This document shows, piece after piece, positions 1 through 5,731 of a stretch of 12,065 nucleotides of DNA. The DNA comes from a virus. Position numbers and translations under genes: made by a program. The notes under the pieces were generated by a model. That model did no database searches. It was given only the letters and a program-made list of their open reading frames with translations, and was not told the DNA's origin. Position 1 is the first letter of the stretch. Every line of letters begins with the position of its first letter. The stretch lies in IMG/VR virus record IMGVR_UViG_3300029507_000087, one strand, 5' to 3'.

Positions 1-39
1 TTATGTATAATCATCTCTACTAACTTTATTATTCTCATT

Positions 40-204
40 TTATTTTTTAAATACAATATCCTTAAATTTACTTGCATGATTCTGCATCATCCTTAAAATA
101 CTTTTATTAGCCATTTCTTTTTCTATTTTTTCTATTGAGTATCCTTTTAAAAGATATTTTTTTATTAAATTAATTTTTTCCTTGATGTTATAAATATCTC
201 TCAT
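40..204 (-). CDS. small hypothetical protein (54 aa), not in supplied ORF track
   Basis: Reading by eye: MRDIYNIKEKINLIKKYLLKGYSIEKIEKEMANKSILRMMQNHASKFKDIVFKK*, preceded on the minus strand by AAAAAGGAGTTGAAATG (good Shine-Dalgarno). Same strand and tight spacing with neighbouring genes. Confidence 0.6.
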   Translation of the reverse strand: MRDIYNIKEKINLIKKYLLKGYSIEKIEKEMANKSILRMMQNHASKFKDIVFKK

Positions 205-216
205 TTCAACTCCTTT

Positions 217-522
217 TTATATTTTTAAAATATATTTGTTTAAGCATCTTTTTAAGAAAGATTCTTTTCTATTTTTTTCATTTTCTGATAAGCTAGTAAC
301 TTGACATTCAAGCAGCTTTATCTTATCTTCTAATTTTTTAATTTCTATCTTATTTTGATTTCTTTCTTCCAGTCCTGTTCTATCTGAATTTATTTTTATT
401 AATTCAAATATAATTTCATAACAGCCATTAACACTATCAAATTTTTTTAATTTTTTAGTTTTTATTCCAAAGTTTTCTTCAATTTTTTTAATTACTTCCC
501 TTAGAACTATTCTTCTCTCCAT
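217..522 (-). CDS. hypothetical coiled-coil-like small phage protein
   Basis: ORF 101 aa, Lys/Glu rich, AGGAAG upstream of ATG, overlaps the 3' end of the upstream ORF as in phage operons. Confidence 0.6.
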   Translation of the reverse strand: MERRIVLREVIKKIEENFGIKTKKLKKFDSVNGCYEIIFELIKINSDRTGLEERNQNKIEIKKLEDKIKLLECQVTSLSENEKNRKESFLKRCLNKYILKI

Positions 523-820
523 TTTTCTTCCTCCGATTTAGTTTTTCCCTTTCTCTTCTTTTCTCTAAACTCTTCTCTTTTTTTTCTTCTTTTTCTGGTA
601 TTAAAACTTCCTTTTCATACTCCATATAAAGTTTTTTGAAAGTAGTATTCCCATTTCTAATCTCTTTTAAAGTTTTGTAAATAAAAATATCTATCAAACA
701 ACTAAATGATATTTTTATCCCTTGTTTCTCTAATTTTTTTACTTCTTCATCAAGTAAAGCAGTTACTTCTTTGTTCATAATTAGAGTTTTTACAGTTTTT
801 TTTCCTTGCTTTGCTAACAT
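488..820 (-). CDS. hypothetical small basic protein, possibly ribbon-helix-helix-like N-terminus
   Basis: ORF 110 aa with AAGGAGG-ATT-ATG. N-terminal segment KTLIMNKEVTALLDEEVKKLEKQGIKISFSCLIDIFIYKTL resembles a strand-helix-helix layout; tail is highly charged. Confidence 0.6.
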   Translation of the reverse strand: MLAKQGKKTVKTLIMNKEVTALLDEEVKKLEKQGIKISFSCLIDIFIYKTLKEIRNGNTTFKKLYMEYEKEVLIPEKEEKKEKSLEKRREREKLNRRKKNGEKNSSKGSN

Positions 821-880
821 AATCCTCCTTAAAAATTATATTTTATTTGCAATACATCAAAAAAGTTATTTAACTTTTTA

Positions 881-910
881 TTGACATTTTAGCAATTAGC
901 AAGGTATACT
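881..910 (+). promoter_or_regulatory. candidate plus-strand sigma70-type promoter
   Basis: TTGACA (881-886), 18-nt spacer, TATACT (905-910), lying head-on to the genes. Confidence 0.45.
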
Positions 911-952
911 ATTCATGGTTATAGGTATCGTTGGATATATATAGTATACCTT
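901..952. repeat. 12-bp perfect inverted repeat overlapping the candidate -10
   Basis: AAGGTATACTAT (901-912) / ATAGTATACCTT (941-952), perfect reverse complements with a 28-nt spacer. Confidence 0.8.
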
Positions 953-959
953 AACTCTT

Positions 960-988
960 GGGTGCTACTGCCAATAGCACCCTTTTTT
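960..988 (+). terminator. rho-independent terminator, plus orientation
   Basis: GGGTGCTA (960-967) loop CTGCCAA TAGCACCC (975-982) followed by TTTTTT (983-988). Confidence 0.85.
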
Positions 989-1514
989 ATTTTTTTATAA
1001 CTTTTATTGAGTTTTTCAGAATAATCATTTTTATTTTTCCAATTGACTCAAGAAAATTCAAATATTGTAAATACTGATTAAATTCAATTCTTTCTCTTGA
1101 ATTAATAAAATTTATTTCTTCTATTTCATCTAGAGAATTATAAATAATCATAATTTTTTCTTCATCTGTTAATTTCTTTTCAGTTATATTTTTATTTTCT
1201 TCAAACAACTGTATTACATTTTTTATTTTTCTATTTGCTCTAAATAAATAATTTCTACTGCTCTGTCTTGATATATTTAGCTTTTCAGATATTTCTGAGT
1301 GAGTTAATTTTTTTTCATTTACTAATTTATAAACCTGGATTTCTCTTGAAGATAGGGTGCCTCTTCCTTTGAAAAGATAGTCCATTAATATATTTTTTAC
1401 CTTTTTTTTGGCTTTTACTAACTCGCTCTCCTCTCTATCTGAAAATACATTCTTATTTTCAATGAAATCTTTGAATTCCATGTAGATCTCCTTAGCTAGC
1501 TGTTGCTCCAACAT
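987..1514 (-). CDS. phage regulator with sigma70 region 4/LuxR-like HTH
   Basis: Segment LSSREIQVYKLVNEKKLTHSEISEKLNISRQSSRNYLFRANRKIKNVI matches the region-4/HTH pattern. Confidence 0.65.
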   Translation of the reverse strand: MLEQQLAKEIYMEFKDFIENKNVFSDREESELVKAKKKVKNILMDYLFKGRGTLSSREIQVYKLVNEKKLTHSEISEKLNISRQSSRNYLFRANRKIKNVIQLFEENKNITEKKLTDEEKIMIIYNSLDEIEEINFINSRERIEFNQYLQYLNFLESIGKIKMIILKNSIKVIKK

Positions 1515-2055
1515 TATTTTTTTTATTTTCTAATCTTTTAATTTCATCTTTTATCCTTGAAGTTTGAGTTATAAAATTATATTTTTTATTCATTTCCAGA
1601 AACTTTTTTAAAACTTTTATATCTTCCATTATTACTTTTTTATTTTTTTTAATTTCTGGATCAATCTTAATTCTATTTTCCCTTTGTAATTTATTTAATA
1701 CTTCTCGGTTTATAAAACCATTATTAGAGTACTTAATATATTTCATAGGACACTTAGCTAAACATATTAATTTTAGGTGCTTATATCTAACTTTAAACAT
1801 TTTAGCTTTCATTTTAAATTCTTGTGTTTCCATACCTTTTATATCTATTACTGTATTTCCTATTTTAAAGTCTCCTATATAAGAAATTTCTCTCAAATCT
1901 TCTCCATTTACATTAGATTTTTCTTGGAGTATAAATTTAGGTTGTATTTCAAATTCTTCTCCTTTAGATTTTAAAATTTTGTAATATTCAGATTCGGCAG
2001 TGGAATCAAATAAGATTCCATCTACCTCTACTTTTTTAGATTTATATTTATTCAT
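1492..2055 (-). CDS. DUF1064-like phage endonuclease (PDDEXK-like)
   Basis: KYKSKKVEVDGILFDSTAESEYYKILKSKGE...EIQPKFILQEK...ISYIGDFKIGNTVIDIKGMETQEFKMKAKMF is the typical DUF1064 pattern (E..Y, D-F..I..G.V.D.KG). Confidence 0.75.
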   Translation of the reverse strand: MNKYKSKKVEVDGILFDSTAESEYYKILKSKGEEFEIQPKFILQEKSNVNGEDLREISYIGDFKIGNTVIDIKGMETQEFKMKAKMFKVRYKHLKLICLAKCPMKYIKYSNNGFINREVLNKLQRENRIKIDPEIKKNKKVIMEDIKVLKKFLEMNKKYNFITQTSRIKDEIKRLENKKNNVGATAS

Positions 2056-2293
2056 GATTTTTTAACACTCTCCTTAATTCTTGATAATCAGTTTCTGCAA
2101 AGTATTCCTTTTCTCCTACTGAAACCTTATCTATTCTTGAATATCCCCCCAATATAAAATCTCCTTCTTGTAGTTTTATATCAGGTCCACTATCACATTT
2201 AATTTGAATATAATTTTTAAAAAAACTTATTTTTTTTACTAGAATTTTTACTTCCTCTGCATCAGGGCCTTTACTTATATAACCTATAAACAT
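2048..2293 (-). CDS. hypothetical phage protein (81 aa)
   Basis: ORF with AAAAGGAG SD; overlaps the next ORF start by a few bases. Confidence 0.6.
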   Translation of the reverse strand: MFIGYISKGPDAEEVKILVKKISFFKNYIQIKCDSGPDIKLQEGDFILGGYSRIDKVSVGEKEYFAETDYQELRRVLKNHE

Positions 2294-2305
2294 TTTTCAC
2301 TCCTT

Positions 2306-3472
2306 TTAATAGATATACCAGTCATCTGCTAGACAATCATTAACACTTGGAACCCAAGTACTAACAGACTGGTTTACATTTTTTATTGCAAAATGTGGGT
2401 TATAAGTAATTCCATTTTCTGTCTTACCTTCTACCAAATAGATATACATATTTTTTTCATTCCAACCATATCTAGCAGCTCTTTTACCCTCTTTTATAAA
2501 TTCTAGAGCTCTTCCAAAGTTTATTTTTTCAGACATAATATCCTTGTTATTTGAAACTATGGTAGGTTCTTCTTTAACCTGAACCATTCCTAAAGCAAAT
2601 CCAAGCCCATACCATATTTGGTTTCTGACTTTATCTATTAATATTTTGGCTCCAATTTTTTCACTATAGTTGTGTTCATCCACTGCTGCTGTACTTTCTA
2701 TTCCAGTAAATCCATTTATAAGTTCATATTTCATTACTGTTGTTAATTTTCCAAAAATTCTTTCACTTGTTATTTCAATTTTTCTAATAAAAGACTTTAC
2801 AAGTTCATTTGTAATTTTATTATTCTCTATTTCATAAGACTTGCATCCTAAAACATGATTTGTATCTCCTCTTTTTTCAAATAAAGTTACCATTAATTGT
2901 TGTTTCATTTTTTCTCCTTCTATTTTCTCTTTTAAACTCCAATCTTTATCTATTCTTTTCATATTTTTCTGCCATTTTTTCCAGTACATATCATAAATAT
3001 CTTGCTTAGAATAATTTAAATTTATTGCTATATAGATATAATTTTTAACTAAATTAAACACATCAATTTTTAGTGCCATTGCAATAAGACCATTTATATA
3101 ATCTTTAGGAAGTTTATTTTTTACTTTAGCTTCAAATGTTAAATCCCATGCCTTACTGAATTTTTCTCTTTCTTTAAATGAGTATTTTAATTCATATGTA
3201 TAGTTGATTTTAGCTGCTATAAAAAAGAGAATATCTGTAAATTCTTCTAGTTGTTTCTCTGAATTATATATTTTCTCCTTCCAAACTTTGTAATTTAGGC
3301 CATATGGCAGTTCTTCTGAAAATTCTATAATTTCAGCTACTATAGCTTGATTTATATCATTCATGTCTCTTTTTCTAGGAATAAACCTTTCACGAGGTTT
3401 TGCTATTTCATTATCTAATATCTCTTGAAGCTTCAATATATCTTCAAAACTTTGTGGTGCTTTAATATTCAC
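2306..3472 (-). CDS. three-domain fusion: dUTPase_2/MazG-like + N4 gp49/Sf6 gp66-like + DUF2829 (Tad2-like)
   Basis: aa ~10-180: LQEILDNEIA...AIVAEIIEFSEELPYGLNYKVWKEK...QLEEFTDILFFIAAKIN (all-alpha dUTPase metal-site pattern). aa ~215-297: ITNELVKSFIRKIEITSERIFGKLTTVMKYELINGFTGIESTAAVDEHNYSEKIGAKILIDKVRNQIWYGLGFALGM (gp49/gp66-like). aa ~316-388: INFGRALEFIKEGKRAARYGWNEKNMYIYLVEG...NPHFAIKN...STWVPSVNDCLADDW (DUF2829). Confidence 0.75.
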   Translation of the reverse strand: MNIKAPQSFEDILKLQEILDNEIAKPRERFIPRKRDMNDINQAIVAEIIEFSEELPYGLNYKVWKEKIYNSEKQLEEFTDILFFIAAKINYTYELKYSFKEREKFSKAWDLTFEAKVKNKLPKDYINGLIAMALKIDVFNLVKNYIYIAINLNYSKQDIYDMYWKKWQKNMKRIDKDWSLKEKIEGEKMKQQLMVTLFEKRGDTNHVLGCKSYEIENNKITNELVKSFIRKIEITSERIFGKLTTVMKYELINGFTGIESTAAVDEHNYSEKIGAKILIDKVRNQIWYGLGFALGMVQVKEEPTIVSNNKDIMSEKINFGRALEFIKEGKRAARYGWNEKNMYIYLVEGKTENGITYNPHFAIKNVNQSVSTWVPSVNDCLADDWYIY

Positions 3473-3480
3473 ATTTCCTC

Positions 3481-3828
3481 CTAGGCTACTGTTTTATCTT
3501 CTGTAGCTTCCCAATCGTCTTCAAACTTTTCTGCTGTCATAACTGTAAAAGTATTTTTTCCTGCTTTTAAATATTCACTGTCTATCAAATGATGTACTTG
3601 ATAAACTCCTTTTTTCTGTATAAAAATCCTTAAAAGAATTCCTTTTTTATTTACTATAATTTCATTTCCATCTCTCATAAATTTTATATTGTATTCTTTT
3701 TCATCAAAAGCGACTTCATTCCCTTCTCCTTCTAAATGCGAAAGAATAAATTCTTTTATTTCAAGAGAATTTTCTCCATTATATTGAATTGCATCTGCAT
3801 ACTGGGTTACTACTTTTCTGTATTCCAT
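3481..3828 (-). CDS. hypothetical phage protein (115 aa)
   Basis: AGGAGG SD before ATG; N-terminus EYRKVVTQYADAIQYNGENSLEIKEFI resembles small conserved phage proteins that begin with a VxAxQYxG(D/E)N motif. Confidence 0.6.
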   Translation of the reverse strand: MEYRKVVTQYADAIQYNGENSLEIKEFILSHLEGEGNEVAFDEKEYNIKFMRDGNEIIVNKKGILLRIFIQKKGVYQVHHLIDSEYLKAGKNTFTVMTAEKFEDDWEATEDKTVA

Positions 3829-3851
3829 TTTTTCCTCCTCTAAATTACATT

Positions 3852-3883
3852 AAAAAATCCCCAGTAAATAATACTGAGGATTT
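3852..3883 (-). terminator. rho-independent terminator between rha-like gene and downstream operon
   Basis: AAATCCCCAGTA (3855-3866) / TACTGAGGATTT (3872-3883). On the minus strand all 12 positions pair (one G-U) and are followed by a TTTTTT tract; on the plus strand there is one A-C/C-A type mismatch. Confidence 0.75.
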
Positions 3884-3903
3884 TAAGATGTTACTATATA
3901 GTT

Positions 3904-4476
3904 TTAAATTATATTTAAATTCTTTTGTAATTTTTTTAATTTCTCCACTGATTGTTTAAGGTATAAAAATGTGTGAACTCTATGATCTGTTATATTAGCT
4001 ATTGTTTTTTCTATCTTTTTCTGATCTTCATTTATTTCTTCCAACAGCATAAAAACACACTCTAAAGAAGAATACATATATTTGAAGTCTTTCATACTAT
4101 TTATTTGCAAGTTTTCCAATTCTTTATATTTACTTTCTTTTATACTTCTTAATTCATTTTCCATTTCTTCAAATTTATTTATGTAGGCTACATTTAAATC
4201 AAATGCTTTTTCTACTGCTGATGAATAGCCTCCAATCAATTGAGCTATTCCTTTTTTTGTTATAAGATAATTTTTTACTGTTCTACCATTGGATGCTTTA
4301 TAGGTACTAGGGATATAGAATTGACACGAAAGTTCGTGTGAACTAAATTTTTTGACATAATCATCTATTTTATCCAAAAGATGAAAGTGTCTAACTTTTA
4401 GTTCTTCTGATACTCTATTGCTTGTAGTTACTAAAACTCCATTAATATTATCTAGTTCAACTTTTATCAATTCCAT
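3904..4476 (-). CDS. rha: Rha family phage regulatory protein
   Basis: VTTSNRVSEELKVRHFHLLDKID...FYIPSTYKASNGRTVKNYLITKKGIAQLIGGYSSAVEKAFDLNVAYINKFEEMENEL matches the pRha pattern. Confidence 0.8.
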   Translation of the reverse strand: MELIKVELDNINGVLVTTSNRVSEELKVRHFHLLDKIDDYVKKFSSHELSCQFYIPSTYKASNGRTVKNYLITKKGIAQLIGGYSSAVEKAFDLNVAYINKFEEMENELRSIKESKYKELENLQINSMKDFKYMYSSLECVFMLLEEINEDQKKIEKTIANITDHRVHTFLYLKQSVEKLKKLQKNLNII

Positions 4477-4601
4477 TACTTAACACCTCCAAGCTTAAAA
4501 GCTATCTCTAGTGCTAAGCTTTCATTTGTTACATAGAAAGGTTCACTTATTCCTTTTAAAATTACTTTAAATAAACCATTACTACATTTACTAATTTTCA
4601 T
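4476..4601 (-). CDS. 41-aa small protein, not in supplied ORF track
   Basis: MKISKCSNGLFKVILKGISEPFYVTNESLALEIAFKLGGVK*; TTTTAGGAGGAAAGAATTATG upstream; stop overlaps the rha start codon (TAATG). Confidence 0.65.
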   Translation of the reverse strand: MKISKCSNGLFKVILKGISEPFYVTNESLALEIAFKLGGVK

Positions 4602-4638
4602 AATTCTTTCCTCCTAAAACTTGTATTTTTGGAGTCAG

Positions 4639-4677
4639 TGTAGTACAATATACTTGTCATGGTTATGTTGTACTACA
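4639..4677. repeat. 10-bp perfect inverted repeat around TATACTTGTCATGGTTAT
   Basis: TGTAGTACAA (4639-4648) / TTGTACTACA (4668-4677), 19-nt spacer containing TATACT and TCATGGTTAT. Confidence 0.8.
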
Positions 4678-4684
4678 TAACTAA

Positions 4685-4721
4685 CCCCTGTGTTGTTGTA
4701 AGACTCATAGGGGATTTTTTT
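4685..4721 (+). terminator. rho-independent terminator, plus orientation
   Basis: CCCCTGTG (4685-4692) / CATAGGGG (4706-4713) with one G-U, followed by ATTTTTTT. Confidence 0.75.
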
Positions 4722-4893
4722 ATTTCTTTTTCTTAATCAAAATTGTTTGTTCTTCCTCATTATAAATAATTTCAACTTCTCTTTCTTCTTGAGTAATACC
4801 AAACTTTTTTAATAAAGGTACAGACATTGGGAGCTTTGCTCCTATTCCATTTCCAGACCTAGAAAAAGAAACTTTTGCATCTCTTTTTTCCAT
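4720..4893 (-). CDS. AbrB/SpoVT/MazE-like small regulator (57 aa), not in supplied ORF track
   Basis: MEKRDAKVSFSRSGNGIGAKLPMSVPLLKKFGITQEEREVEIIYNEEEQTILIKKKK*; AGGAGGAGAAATG start context; K..FSRSGNG..AKLPMSVPLLKKFGI.....EVEI is swapped-hairpin AbrB-like. Confidence 0.75.
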   Translation of the reverse strand: MEKRDAKVSFSRSGNGIGAKLPMSVPLLKKFGITQEEREVEIIYNEEEQTILIKKKK

Positions 4894-4903
4894 TTCTCCT
4901 CCT

Positions 4904-4953
4904 ATGTAATGCCATTACATTTTTATTATATACGTAATGACATTACTTGTCAA
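4904..4953 (-). promoter_or_regulatory. consensus promoter of the AbrB-like gene with two palindromic operator-like sites
   Basis: Minus strand: TTGACA (4948-4953), 17-nt spacer, TATAAT (4925-4930). Palindrome 1 ATGTAATG-C-CATTACAT (4904-4920); palindrome 2 GTAATG-A-CATTAC (4934-4946) fills the -35/-10 spacer; centres 28 bp apart. Confidence 0.85.
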
Positions 4954-4974
4954 TAGTTTTTATTTGCCTTGAAT

Positions 4975-5004
4975 TTAATTGACAGGAACTTTTCTGTTAA
5001 TTAA
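4975..5004 (+). repeat. 11-bp inverted repeat
   Basis: TTAATTGACAG (4975-4985) / CTGTTAATTAA (4994-5004), one G-U if transcribed on plus. Confidence 0.6.
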
Positions 5005-5042
5005 ATATCTCTAAATATTTATACATTTTAGAAACTCTACTT

Positions 5043-5073
5043 TTGGTGGCGAAAAATTTCGCTACCAATTTTT
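5043..5073 (+). terminator. rho-independent terminator, plus orientation
   Basis: TTGGTGGCGAAA (5043-5054) / TTTCGCTACCAA (5057-5068) with one G-U, followed by TTTTTA. Confidence 0.7.
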
Positions 5074-5163
5074 ATTAAAATATACTCCACTCACTCCAAA
5101 AACACTTTTTAGGAAATCCTCAGTATTATTCACTTGCCAATGTTCTTTTAATTTCAATATTTT

Positions 5164-5367
5164 TTATATAAATCTTGGTACTCTTTTTTTCTTAACATTT
5201 ATAGTTGAAAAATTATAAGGATCAATATTTTTCTCATTTATCTTTAATGCTATTTTCTCTGATATAATTAAGTTATTTTCTTTTGTTCCCTCTGTTTGCA
5301 ATCTTTTTTCTTCTTTTTCTTTTCTTCTTCTTACTTTTTTCTTAATTTTACTTTTGCCTCTTCTCAT
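5164..5367 (-). CDS. small highly basic hypothetical protein
   Basis: ORF 67 aa, AAAAGGAGAAAATTATG SD; Lys/Arg rich. Confidence 0.5.
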   Translation of the reverse strand: MRRGKSKIKKKVRRRKEKEEKRLQTEGTKENNLIISEKIALKINEKNIDPYNFSTINVKKKRVPRFI

Positions 5368-5479
5368 AATTTTCTCCTTTTTTCATTTTTCTTAGTTTTA
5401 TTCTATCTAGTAAAATGATTGTTGGTTTATCCATTGTTTTTCTTTTTTCTTCAAGTAATTTTGATATTTCGTTGTACAC
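5348..5479 (-). CDS. 43-aa small protein, GTG start, not in supplied ORF track
   Basis: (V/M)YNEISKLLEEKRKTMDKPTIILLDRIKLRKMKKGENYEKRQK*; GAGGTGTTTTATT-GTG upstream; overlaps start of 5164..5367. Confidence 0.45.
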   Translation of the reverse strand: MYNEISKLLEEKRKTMDKPTIILLDRIKLRKMKKGENYEKRQK

Positions 5480-5720
5480 AATAAAACACCTCACTTAGAG
5501 TAATTTCTCCTAATTTTACAAGATTATCTATTATTTCATTCATGTATAACCATCTTGCTATATTCTCGTCTGTTTCTGCTATAATACTTACTCCTGCTGG
5601 AATAAAATATTCTTTTTCTGCAAATTTAACTGTTTTTGATATAGGATTTATTACAGTTTTTTCTAAATTTATTTTTCTTAATCCTTTTTCATATGCTTCC
5701 AGTACCTGTCCTTTTGTCAT
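5451..5720 (-). CDS. hypothetical phage protein (89 aa)
   Basis: ORF with AGGAGG upstream of ATG, immediately downstream of the primase-helicase stop. Confidence 0.6.
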   Translation of the reverse strand: MTKGQVLEAYEKGLRKINLEKTVINPISKTVKFAEKEYFIPAGVSIIAETDENIARWLYMNEIIDNLVKLGEITLSEVFYCVQRNIKIT

Positions 5721-5731
5721 CTAAACCTCCT

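Noticed and set aside
1777-1974. Plus-strand ORF (65 aa)
   Set aside because: Fully antisense to the convincing DUF1064-like gene; Phe/Tyr-rich composition typical of reverse reading of Lys-rich coding sequence; no SD.
5542-5724. Plus-strand ORF (60 aa)
   Set aside because: Antisense to ORF 5451..5720, no SD, likely spurious.
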